Source: an uncultured virus (IMG/VR IMGVR_UViG_3300027793_002658)
Lineage: Duplodnaviria > Heunggongvirae > Uroviricota > Caudoviricetes
Strand: one strand, 5' to 3'
Length of the DNA: 61,450 nucleotides
Virus record (IMG/VR): IMGVR_UViG_3300027793_002658
The notes beneath the pieces are model-generated. The model was not told where the DNA came from, did not search any database, and was given only the letters and a program-made list of their open reading frames with translations. Shown one piece after another: positions 21,395-31,306 of the stretch. A program made the position numbers and the translations under genes. Numbering within the stretch: the stretch's first letter is position 1; each line of letters starts with the position of its first letter.

Positions 21395-22804
21395 TTAAGC
21401 TTTTTCAATTACAGGAGATCCTATAATTATTGAAGTGTCATATAACGCAGCATCATATCCATAAACACTATATGATTCTCCGTATATTTTGTTTTTTGTT
21501 AAAGTTGTAATTGGATTCCAGAACGATTCAGTTGTCTTTTGATAAACTACAACCTGCCCTAAAATATTGTATTCATGATCATTCGGATTACAATCATATT
21601 TTTTATATAATGTATTTTCAACATACGATTGCGAAAATGGCCAGTTTGTTTTTAATGAAGTTATTACAGAAGATGTGTTATACATTTCTACATCCCATCC
21701 AAAGTAGTTGGTTTTTAATAACTCATCCGTTCCATATTCTTTTTGAATTAAACTCCAATAAATTCCTGTGTCAGTACAGTCTTCATAAAAATAAACTGCA
21801 CCTCGTTGATGAAATATGTCAGATCCGTCGTATTGAAAATAATTTATATCAGTTGGAGATCCAACCATGATTGATTTTCCATAGATTGCGACCGAACGAC
21901 CGTAACTAGATGAATTGGCTGATGACGTAACATACGGCGGCCAATTATTGTTAATCGTTTGCAGCGATTGTGTTAATTCTAGTGATCTATTTTCTGATAA
22001 TATAGCTCCTTCCTTCCAATATCCGCTTGAAGAATTATAATTGAAAATATAAACATTTCCAGTCAGTGGTGATTTATTACCAACAATAATGTTATACGAT
22101 CCACTTTGATCTATTTTTACCACACTTCCAAATTTACTATTATTAGTAGTATTACTTCCAGTTAACGTTTGATAATACGTCCATGTGCCAGAGATATTTT
22201 TATATAAATACACAGCACCTTGGCTTGCAGAAATATTACTTGCACCTATTGCTAATATATCATTATATAATGACACAGATTCACCAAATGATGTATTAAC
22301 GTCATATGAAGATTCAAATGTATTAATAATGGTTGTAACAAAACTTGCAGTTTGTGTAATTGAACCAGATAAAGAAAAAATATCAACACTAGAACCAGTT
22401 AAAGTTGTTGTCGCATTGTCTGATACTTTATAATAGAATAGAGAATCACCAATTGCTAACGTAGTATTGTATAACGCTACGGATTGTCCAAATCTACTTG
22501 CGGTAAAGACTAAATAATCATATTCATACAAAAATTGAGAGCTTGTAACTACATTTGATCCCGTGTCTGTTGCCAAAATTTCCGGGGTTTCTGATGCCAA
22601 ATAGATATCAGGAGTCCATACTTTTTTAATAGTATCTTTATGCTTATATGAATCTGAAATATTATTATACTGAAGTACTTCAACGCTGCCTGTCGCAAAT
22701 ACAGATGATGAATATGCAAATATTGACGGATTCGCAATAGCAACATATGTTTTATTGGTCGCTACTGAGTATCCATAATTTGCATTATCAATATTAAAAC
22801 TCAT
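21395..22804 (-). CDS. FG-GAP repeat beta-propeller virion protein
   Basis: Repeated FGxSVA/L...IG(A/S)...GAVY motifs. Confidence 0.75.
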   Translation of the reverse strand: MSFNIDNANYGYSVATNKTYVAIANPSIFAYSSSVFATGSVEVLQYNNISDSYKHKDTIKKVWTPDIYLASETPEILATDTGSNVVTSSQFLYEYDYLVFTASRFGQSVALYNTTLAIGDSLFYYKVSDNATTTLTGSSVDIFSLSGSITQTASFVTTIINTFESSYDVNTSFGESVSLYNDILAIGASNISASQGAVYLYKNISGTWTYYQTLTGSNTTNNSKFGSVVKIDQSGSYNIIVGNKSPLTGNVYIFNYNSSSGYWKEGAILSENRSLELTQSLQTINNNWPPYVTSSANSSSYGRSVAIYGKSIMVGSPTDINYFQYDGSDIFHQRGAVYFYEDCTDTGIYWSLIQKEYGTDELLKTNYFGWDVEMYNTSSVITSLKTNWPFSQSYVENTLYKKYDCNPNDHEYNILGQVVVYQKTTESFWNPITTLTKNKIYGESYSVYGYDAALYDTSIIIGSPVIEKA

Positions 22805-23430
22805 AGGGTAGATTCGAATGTAACTTTTTGAAATGTAGAAAAATAAATACCATCTAAAATTAAATTAGTATTACCATCATCGATTATAGTGTAATCAATT
22901 TCTCCAAGATTGTCCTGAATTAACACTGAATTTGGTATAATTTTTTCACCAAATTGATTTTTAGATAACGTAAACACATCTACCGTATCAGTCAATAAAC
23001 GGTAATTTGAATTTAAATTAATATTTTCTAATCCCCATATTTGAGTAGGATTATCATATGTGTTATAAAATAATTGTTTATTTACAGCGTATACAACACT
23101 CATGAAAGTGCCGTCTGAATTGACTGGCTGTGAACCTGAATTATAATAAGGACTAGTAATTGGAAAATAAGTTCCACTTCCACTTATGCCACGTTGATAT
23201 TTTAGAGTTAATTGTGAATCTTGTTGTTGCAATGCTAAATTACAATAACTATTTGTTATTGGAGCAGACAGTCCATCTTGATAGTCGATATAAATATGAG
23301 ATATCGATCCAGATTCTGAGCCAGACATCCACAAAATAAGATCTTCATCTTCTATATTTTGTAAGTTCCATGTTTTGGCTGCAATAAATGGAGTGACTTG
23401 AATATCATCTCTATTTAAACTTTTAATCAT
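22801..23430 (-). CDS. Virion structural protein
   Basis: Context; FGEKIIPNSV...DDGNTNL. Confidence 0.55.
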   Translation of the reverse strand: MIKSLNRDDIQVTPFIAAKTWNLQNIEDEDLILWMSGSESGSISHIYIDYQDGLSAPITNSYCNLALQQQDSQLTLKYQRGISGSGTYFPITSPYYNSGSQPVNSDGTFMSVVYAVNKQLFYNTYDNPTQIWGLENINLNSNYRLLTDTVDVFTLSKNQFGEKIIPNSVLIQDNLGEIDYTIIDDGNTNLILDGIYFSTFQKVTFESTL

Positions 23431-23431
23431 G

Positions 23432-24526
23432 TTAGAAATCTAGTCTTACACGTACTAATAATTCGCTGTCAAAGCTCTTTTGAACTGGTTGACTTAGTTT
23501 TGCAACAGCTACCAATTCGTTAGATGAATCATATAATCCAATAGTTGTTGGATATGCCTTTGGATCAGTTAAAAATTCAGTAATTTTAATTGTTCCTTTA
23601 GTATTACCATCGGTTCCGTCACTAACATAAGTTGGATTGTTACTATAATTAAAGTCTTGATTTTTTACACGAACGAAATACTGTCTAGATGGTAAAAATT
23701 CAGATTTACGAACCTTCATTACAGAAGTTTGAGCTTTAACTAAAGCACCATACAAATATTGTTGATTTATTTTATAGTTTCCTGTATTTGACTCGTTTAC
23801 CGTAATACCCACTTGATTTTTGATTGCATCCGCATTCAACACAATCACGCCTGTTTTTGGATAAAACAAACCAATCGATTGATATGCTACTACATTGCCG
23901 GTTTTATATGGATTAGGAACACCATCAACAACGCTTCCACTGATGATATTGTATACGTCTTGTTGAGTTTTAATTACCGATGAATCATCGATAAATGTTA
24001 ATTTATCGACACTTCCACTCAAAGTAAATTCAAGTTGTCCTTCATCAACACGATCTTTGTAACGTGTTGTAGAAAAGCTAATAACAAAAATTGATGATCC
24101 TGTGACTACGGTGGTGGCATCAATTGGTGCATTACCAGTTGTATAACTGCCTGTTTTAAAACTAAAATATTGATCATCAGGATTTAACAAATAATTTTTG
24201 TATTGTGAGTATATCGCTTTGGTTGGATTTGCTAAACTACTTGTGTTCGCATCACCAGATCCAGAATTGTTATAATTACCATATGCAATAGAAAAATGAA
24301 CTTGTGCATTGATATCTGTTGTTGGATTAGCGTTGTATACATCAAAATAATACAATCCACTCTTTACATCAGTGGCTCCATTAGATCCGGTTATTTGCGT
24401 TTGAGTAGAAGATGTAAACAACGCTGATTGTGAATGAGCATAGTTACCATCCAGCCAAAATCCAGATGAGACTCTGTTTGTTCTTCCCAAAACAATATCG
24501 GTGTCAGAAAATTGATTAAATATCAT
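23432..24526 (-). CDS. Virion (baseplate/tail) protein
   Basis: FNYSNNP...YPTTIGLYDSSNELVAVAKLSQP; paralogous to the 20507 gene. Confidence 0.6.
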   Translation of the reverse strand: MIFNQFSDTDIVLGRTNRVSSGFWLDGNYAHSQSALFTSSTQTQITGSNGATDVKSGLYYFDVYNANPTTDINAQVHFSIAYGNYNNSGSGDANTSSLANPTKAIYSQYKNYLLNPDDQYFSFKTGSYTTGNAPIDATTVVTGSSIFVISFSTTRYKDRVDEGQLEFTLSGSVDKLTFIDDSSVIKTQQDVYNIISGSVVDGVPNPYKTGNVVAYQSIGLFYPKTGVIVLNADAIKNQVGITVNESNTGNYKINQQYLYGALVKAQTSVMKVRKSEFLPSRQYFVRVKNQDFNYSNNPTYVSDGTDGNTKGTIKITEFLTDPKAYPTTIGLYDSSNELVAVAKLSQPVQKSFDSELLVRVRLDF

Positions 24527-24533
24527 AATATTA

Positions 24534-25163
24534 TTATACGGTTACTTTTACTGGAATAGTAAGACTGCCACCACTTTCATTACCAATAATTGTAATGGTC
24601 GATGTAGTAGTTACAGTTAAAGCTGAATTTGGCACAAATTTAAATTGTATACCAATAACAACTTGAGAGCTTTCTGTTACGGCATCACCAGCAAAACTCG
24701 GAATTGTACTAGATACACTATTTAAACTATTTACTTGGGTTACAATTAAAGTTCCGATATTTTTATTACCCAAAATTGCAGTATATCCTAGTGTTGTATT
24801 GTAAGTAGGATTTGTGCTTGGTGAGATGATAACATCGGCTGCATATGCCCGTGGAATATCAATAGAGGATTGTGCAACACTAATAACAGGAATCGCAGTG
24901 ACACCTGCTGGTAATGTGACTAGTTTATATTTCATTAATTGCGATTCGTCGCTAAATGGTTCCAAAACAGGAGTATTTCGTAATGCCAAATCATAATAAG
25001 CACTACCAAGTGGATGATTTGATTGATAAAGATTATAATCAATTTCATCATCGGCCAAAGCAAATGAAGTTATGTTCAAATTACCATTTTTTGCAAGCAA
25101 CTCTCGTCCTTTTTTTGTCAAGGTTGCAGTTACGGTTAATGTATTGTTATCTAAATATGCCAT
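24534..25163 (-). CDS. Virion structural protein
   Basis: LTKKGRELLA...ITSFALADDEIDY; context. Confidence 0.6.
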   Translation of the reverse strand: MAYLDNNTLTVTATLTKKGRELLAKNGNLNITSFALADDEIDYNLYQSNHPLGSAYYDLALRNTPVLEPFSDESQLMKYKLVTLPAGVTAIPVISVAQSSIDIPRAYAADVIISPSTNPTYNTTLGYTAILGNKNIGTLIVTQVNSLNSVSSTIPSFAGDAVTESSQVVIGIQFKFVPNSALTVTTTSTITIIGNESGGSLTIPVKVTV

Positions 25164-25207
25164 ATTACTTATAAGTATGTTTGTTCTGCACTATTTTCAT
25201 TTAAATA

Positions 25208-28200
25208 TTAACTAGTTGTCAAAGAAATTTGATTTATATCTCTATTTACACTAGAAATCTCCACGGGCAAACTACCATCTGGAATGCCGAGATCATTGAC
25301 GGTTGTATATATAGTTTGTTGTGATTTGATAAACAGTGACGAACTTATTGATTTATTTTCCAATTTAATTACACTAAAACTAGTCAATGGACGATTCAAT
25401 GTTGACAAATGACCTTTTGGATAGGAGACAGTGTCTATTGAATCCGCACTTGCAGTTTCACTTCCGCTCAAATTAAAATTGTATGTTAGAAATTCTTTGC
25501 TTGAACTGACATCATTTATAATCAACAATTGATTATTTGTAGACTTATATGTTCTGTAATTTTGCAAGGATCCAGTACGATCTCTATCTATATAATTACC
25601 ATTGATTACAAACACGCTACGACGCTTTAATACGTCTGCATCTGAAATATAATTACTAATATAGTTATTTAAATGTCCCGTTGTTTCATGTCCGTTTTTA
25701 GCAATATTTGATGAAATTTCGGAAGGTAACATCGAAATATTAGATCCGGATACATTGTATGCTTTGTTATATGCAGTTACATTAAAATCATTTATTACAC
25801 CGCTATCAATTGGTCTATGTTGATATTTGCTACGCTCCAGAATACTTGGCTCAATTAAAATACCATCAATAACTTTTGCTCTTGCCGGAAACAATTGTTT
25901 TGCGGTTGTAAAGAAAGAACCATCAAAATAATTTTTGTAAAGTGTCAAAAATTCTTGATACAATACCTTTTCAGCAAGATTATTCGTATTGTATTGATTA
26001 CGCAAAATACGCAACGAATCATATTGATCTGTGTATAATTCAACAGGACTTCCAATTTGATTCATCAGATCATAATTACCCAAAAAGTTTGTGATGTCAT
26101 CATCTCTAACTTTAAACGGAGCAATATACACTCCTATTAAATTAGAATCTTGTGTTACGGTGTTTGATACAACGCTACGTTCATTTGGCATCAACCGTGC
26201 AACTACATTTTCAGTTACCTTATTGATTTTTAAATTTTTATATTTGTTTGGACCTGCGTTATCAAGTTTTATATTCTGACGAGTATTGATTTCATCAAAT
26301 TGATAAGGAAATACTGAAGTTGAAATTTCAGAACAATTTACAGTTGTTGTAGTCGTTTGTAAAAAGTTATAAACAGATGACGTTACAGTGCTATAATATT
26401 TATTTGCATTACTTAATTTATATATTCCAGAAGAGGTATATAAATTCACTGGATAATCAATACTGTATCTATAATATAAATCACTATATGTTGCGGATGC
26501 GCTGTAGTTATTATATGCGTCAAAATTTCTTGCATGATCTAAAAATGACTCGTCTGTTAATTCAGAAGACCATACATTAATTTTATCAATATTACCGTGA
26601 AAATTGTTTGATGCAGTGTAATTACCAACGTATATTGTGCTGCTTGAATAGAACAAATCTGCAAACGTAGATGCTATAACCAATGATTTAGTTCTGTCAA
26701 ATATTAATCGATCATCCTCTACTGACACAACTCTAAATTCTAAATATGATGGATTTCCCACACCGACATCAAATTGATCTGATGCAGATTTTACTTTCAA
26801 AAGAACGCTATATATTTTTCCATTAAAAATAGGAATATCATCAATCACTAAATCAGTATTTTGAAATGATGCAATAATTTTTCCACACTTATCTTTTACA
26901 TCTTTAACTATACGAATATTCCAATCATTGTTATAATTTGTCATTAAATACACAGGAATATTCTGTGTGAAAGAATATTCTGGATCTACTCTAAATTTAA
27001 ATTCGATTGTTTTTAAAGTTGCTGGCACTGGAACCAATACCGATTCATTATTTCCTTTATATTTAGTAAAATAATATTTTTGATCAAACACATAAGAAGA
27101 TTCATCTTCTTGTGAAACATTATTGCCTCCAAACTCTTTAATATTAAGTAAACTATGTGGTATACCATAAATGTTTGCAAGCAAACGCACACATTCTTCA
27201 GTTCCTTTTGTTTTGTATAATATAGGAAGATTGTGTAAAATACGATTCCAAATTGTTTTTAACTTTTCATCGTCTGATACACTATTGCTACCAGTCAGAT
27301 AGGTATTTGCAATTGTAGAACTATCAAATGAACTGATTGGCTTCCAACCAAATTGCTCAAGTAAAGTATTAGCAAATGAAGAAAGATATGAAGACGAAAC
27401 ATTTGTCAAAACAGAATCATCTGTTGGAAATTCTACATTATCAACATATTGTAATGTCGGAAATTTTTTGTAATATAAATAGATATTATCAAAATGATGT
27501 CCGATCATCGACAAAAAGATTAAATAATCTGAATTATCACTGTCAACTACAACATATTCAGGTGTGTTGTTAATTAAACTATCAGAATTATTTTTATCAT
27601 ATTCAATAGCCTCATTAATATATGTTTTCAACGCATCACCGGCAAGACTTGCAGACGGCAATGAATTTAAATAAACATCATAACCATCAAATCCATTATA
27701 AATTGTATCAATTTGACCCTGTGTAATATTATAATCCACCGAATACGAACTACTAATTGCTACTGACGCACTAACTGATGCACTGGCATACTGTGTTAGT
27801 TTGTTTTTCAATGTATTTATCTTCGACAATTTATTCAAAAACAAATTTATTCTCAATTCTGCTGATGAAAACAAAATAAATTCAGAAAAATCACTATAAT
27901 TAATATTTAATTCAGTTAATTTTTTATAAAATTGTATTTGTGTTGTTTGAGTGGTGGATAGTTTTAAATCATTACTTGATTGATAATCAACCGGTTTTGA
28001 TTTGTAATCATCAACTTTAACTTTAAAATTTGGTCCTGCAATTTTGAAACGTCGTTTTACAACAGGAGCATTTAAAATTAATTTTTGTATCATTGGCTGC
28101 AATGATATATTGCTAATCCAACAAAGATCTCGCAGACCGATTGACTTTGGCAAATAGTCTAATAACTTTACTATAATATTAATCGTTCCGTTTTCAACAT

Positions 28201-29293
28201 ATCCGTCATAATTTAAAATTGGTAAAAAATTATTATTACCAAAATTTAAAGTATTTTGTAAATAACTAAAATATTTGTTTTGATAATCAATATTAATCTG
28301 ATTAATTACATTTTTTATGAAATTATCATAAAAAATATTAGTAATGAAATTGGTAATTAATGCTTGATTAACTACGTTGGTTCCAAAAAATGTATTTACT
28401 TTACGCAAACGGATTTCAGTTGCTTTATTAATAATATACTGAAATTTTGTTTGTAATTGTGCCGCCGATTCTACATTTTTATAATATGTATACAACCAAT
28501 TTTTTAAATATCCAACAATACCATCAAATACATCATATATAATCTGATTATCATTGCCTTGAATTGGTTTTGTAAAACCAATGTATGTTTCATTTAAAAA
28601 ATTAATTACATCCAAATCTGTGCGAAAACCAAAAGTAGTTTTCATGATTTGAAATGTTTGCTTGTTATTTTTTATTAATTCTTCTGATTGTGAATAAATT
28701 TGATATGAATCCAATTGTTGCACCAATACAGGAACGATATCACGAATTAAAAATTTTTTTGTAGCGAATGCTTGTATTTCTAAATTTATTAATACTTGTA
28801 ATTCATCGTTCGGATCGATTTTAAAAGATGGTATTAGTTGTAATTCTTTTCTTGAAACTGAAATATTTTTTATGATCAACGGATAAGTTGCATCACCGAT
28901 GTTACGCACACTATTATATGAAACAACATGATTTCCGTTTACAATATTACTAGAACTCAAATGTGCGAGAGTATCAAATAAAATATTACGATCATATGAA
29001 ACTATATATCCACTATTATATTGTTTATAATTATAAGTTAACACATTTTGATCTACGTCTTTATATGTTTTGCTAATAACATTATAAACCGGATTTACAG
29101 GAACATTTTTCAATAGTTGCAAATTTCCGTCTATATCATATACCGAAAACTCAATAATATCTTGTTCAGATGTGCCGAAATATTTATCAATAACAGACCC
29201 TGATAAAACTGTGTCCAAATCTGATTGATCGTAAAACGATCCAGAATTTACACTGTCAATGTTAGTTGATATTGTTTTGTATGGAAATGCCAT
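25208..29293 (-). CDS. Large baseplate wedge-like protein
   Basis: LPILYKTKGT motif (tail protein I/gp7-like) followed by a LamG-like beta region. Confidence 0.6.
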   Translation of the reverse strand: MAFPYKTISTNIDSVNSGSFYDQSDLDTVLSGSVIDKYFGTSEQDIIEFSVYDIDGNLQLLKNVPVNPVYNVISKTYKDVDQNVLTYNYKQYNSGYIVSYDRNILFDTLAHLSSSNIVNGNHVVSYNSVRNIGDATYPLIIKNISVSRKELQLIPSFKIDPNDELQVLINLEIQAFATKKFLIRDIVPVLVQQLDSYQIYSQSEELIKNNKQTFQIMKTTFGFRTDLDVINFLNETYIGFTKPIQGNDNQIIYDVFDGIVGYLKNWLYTYYKNVESAAQLQTKFQYIINKATEIRLRKVNTFFGTNVVNQALITNFITNIFYDNFIKNVINQINIDYQNKYFSYLQNTLNFGNNNFLPILNYDGYVENGTINIIVKLLDYLPKSIGLRDLCWISNISLQPMIQKLILNAPVVKRRFKIAGPNFKVKVDDYKSKPVDYQSSNDLKLSTTQTTQIQFYKKLTELNINYSDFSEFILFSSAELRINLFLNKLSKINTLKNKLTQYASASVSASVAISSSYSVDYNITQGQIDTIYNGFDGYDVYLNSLPSASLAGDALKTYINEAIEYDKNNSDSLINNTPEYVVVDSDNSDYLIFLSMIGHHFDNIYLYYKKFPTLQYVDNVEFPTDDSVLTNVSSSYLSSFANTLLEQFGWKPISSFDSSTIANTYLTGSNSVSDDEKLKTIWNRILHNLPILYKTKGTEECVRLLANIYGIPHSLLNIKEFGGNNVSQEDESSYVFDQKYYFTKYKGNNESVLVPVPATLKTIEFKFRVDPEYSFTQNIPVYLMTNYNNDWNIRIVKDVKDKCGKIIASFQNTDLVIDDIPIFNGKIYSVLLKVKSASDQFDVGVGNPSYLEFRVVSVEDDRLIFDRTKSLVIASTFADLFYSSSTIYVGNYTASNNFHGNIDKINVWSSELTDESFLDHARNFDAYNNYSASATYSDLYYRYSIDYPVNLYTSSGIYKLSNANKYYSTVTSSVYNFLQTTTTTVNCSEISTSVFPYQFDEINTRQNIKLDNAGPNKYKNLKINKVTENVVARLMPNERSVVSNTVTQDSNLIGVYIAPFKVRDDDITNFLGNYDLMNQIGSPVELYTDQYDSLRILRNQYNTNNLAEKVLYQEFLTLYKNYFDGSFFTTAKQLFPARAKVIDGILIEPSILERSKYQHRPIDSGVINDFNVTAYNKAYNVSGSNISMLPSEISSNIAKNGHETTGHLNNYISNYISDADVLKRRSVFVINGNYIDRDRTGSLQNYRTYKSTNNQLLIINDVSSSKEFLTYNFNLSGSETASADSIDTVSYPKGHLSTLNRPLTSFSVIKLENKSISSSLFIKSQQTIYTTVNDLGIPDGSLPVEISSVNRDINQISLTTS

Positions 29294-29296
29294 AAA

Positions 29297-29731
29297 TTAT
29301 TTTTTTAAATATGGAAAACTGTCAGAGAAATCATCTGCTGTTTTTCCTTCATTTAATTTGATACGTAAATTTATAATTACATCTTTAGATGCATCAATAA
29401 CCGCACTGGCGCTATTTTGATTGTCAGCCGCAATAACAGCATTTAATTGGTTTCTTAAAGTTTCATTTTCTTGAATCAATTGATTTGTATTATTATCAAT
29501 ATTAACGACAGGTATTATAGTTGTGGGAATTGAAAATTCTTTTATTTCCACATCATATAACATCTTAATTTGTTCATTATTATATAAATAATTTTGAAAT
29601 GCAAATTCAATATATCGTTCATTAACATCAATCGGGTCTATAGATAAATTAATATTGCCAACATCATCTAAATTATTATTAAATGTGCCATCAACCAAAA
29701 ATTGAGTTATTTCTTTGTCAAATGATTTCAT
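29297..29731 (-). CDS. Hypothetical protein
   Basis: ORF in the virion operon. Confidence 0.6.
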   Translation of the reverse strand: MKSFDKEITQFLVDGTFNNNLDDVGNINLSIDPIDVNERYIEFAFQNYLYNNEQIKMLYDVEIKEFSIPTTIIPVVNIDNNTNQLIQENETLRNQLNAVIAADNQNSASAVIDASKDVIINLRIKLNEGKTADDFSDSFPYLKK

Positions 29732-31305
29732 CTAGTTACTTTAAATATATATCCATTATCAAATATTTGCTCTTCATTATTTGTAACAACTTTAACTAAA
29801 ATTCTATAGAATCTTTCCTGTGCAAACGAAGTTGTGTCCAATATAAAATAATGCATGTTACCATCACAACTTAATTTTGTAGCATCATCAAAATCAACAA
29901 TAGTTTGTTCACTTTCATTATCTTTTATACAATAATATGAACTTGTAGGCAATAAACTTGATGTTAAAAATTGATTCATTTGATAACCTTTAACAAAATT
30001 TTTCAATGGATTTTTTGGACGAGCATATACATCTACTCTAGGAATTGCGCCAAATTTATAATTTTTACTCAAGTTACGAAGCACCACAGTAAACGGATTA
30101 CTTTCAGTTACAGCAGATAAACTACCTGTAACATAACTACTATCGTCCCATTGTACGTCCAAATACGGTGTATAAATAGTGTTAGTGTCTCTACTAAAGA
30201 ATTTAAAAGTACCCTTTGTTGTTTCTGCCTGCGATAATTCCAATGACGTTAATACTATCAATCCTTCATTTGGAACACATCCACAAATCCATGATTTAGC
30301 AATAGTTGATACATCGATGCCAAGATTACTCTTTTCATAATTAAAATTTTGACGAGCAATCAAACTATTGCTCGCAGAAATTGTACTACAATATCCACTA
30401 GAAGCCGATGAATAAGAAGCAGGAACATTATAATACCACGTTCCTCCACCTTTATTAAAAGATTCAGATGCGTATGACGCTGTATTTAAATAATCTACAA
30501 ATTTATATGTTGAACTTGAAACGACTGGATACCAATAACTACCAGAATCTCCCGAAAAATCTCTATAATACCAACTTGCGCCGAGCGTAGAACCCCCTGT
30601 TTCATAATATCCATCTCCCATTTCCCAACTTTGGCTTACTGGATATGCATACATTGAATAAGACAATGGAATTTCCGATGCTTCTACAATTTCCATTTTT
30701 AATGTAAATTTTAAAGATCCAGTCTTTGCTATCGTACCATCAGCAATTGATTTAGAAATTGAGGAAACATCAAATTTTAATAATGCTCTACTCAATGATG
30801 GTATATTTTCAAACGTTGTCGTAGGACTATAAAAACTGCCAGTGCCCAGTGCAACTCCTTGGATTAAACCAACAAAACTATTTACAGATCCGCTTGCATT
30901 GCAGATAATACCGTACCAATTACCACTTAAACTACCACTTAAACTACCACTCAAATGACCTGTTTGATTAGATACACTAGAAGTCGTAGTGATTCCATTA
31001 ATACTACCCGTTATTTTTCCAGTAAATAATAACGTTCCTTGTACGTCCGCACTTGACGAAATGACGAGTGATGAATTGCTATCTGATCCACTAAGATAGC
31101 CGCTCACCTGACCATTAAATAAATATAAACTTGACTCGGACGCGTAACTTTGCGAAATACTTGCGGTTTGATAAACTGTGACGGTACGATATAATTGTGT
31201 ATTTGCTTTTACTTCTAAAATTTCATCTAATCCCAAGTTTTTACTCAGGTAATTAGTTTCGTTAGTAATATATGTATCTTTAGATGGATAAATAAAATGG
31301 TGCAT
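29728..31305 (-). CDS. Virion structural protein
   Basis: KDTYI...SRALLKFD...SWEMG (DNRLRE-like); GSLS repeats. Confidence 0.55.
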   Translation of the reverse strand: MHHFIYPSKDTYITNETNYLSKNLGLDEILEVKANTQLYRTVTVYQTASISQSYASESSLYLFNGQVSGYLSGSDSNSSLVISSSADVQGTLLFTGKITGSINGITTTSSVSNQTGHLSGSLSGSLSGNWYGIICNASGSVNSFVGLIQGVALGTGSFYSPTTTFENIPSLSRALLKFDVSSISKSIADGTIAKTGSLKFTLKMEIVEASEIPLSYSMYAYPVSQSWEMGDGYYETGGSTLGASWYYRDFSGDSGSYWYPVVSSSTYKFVDYLNTASYASESFNKGGGTWYYNVPASYSSASSGYCSTISASNSLIARQNFNYEKSNLGIDVSTIAKSWICGCVPNEGLIVLTSLELSQAETTKGTFKFFSRDTNTIYTPYLDVQWDDSSYVTGSLSAVTESNPFTVVLRNLSKNYKFGAIPRVDVYARPKNPLKNFVKGYQMNQFLTSSLLPTSSYYCIKDNESEQTIVDFDDATKLSCDGNMHYFILDTTSFAQERFYRILVKVVTNNEEQIFDNGYIFKVTR

Positions 31306-31306
31306 A

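Noticed and set aside
30921..30955. 12-bp tandem repeat
   Set aside because: Simply encodes GSLS repeats within a structural protein.
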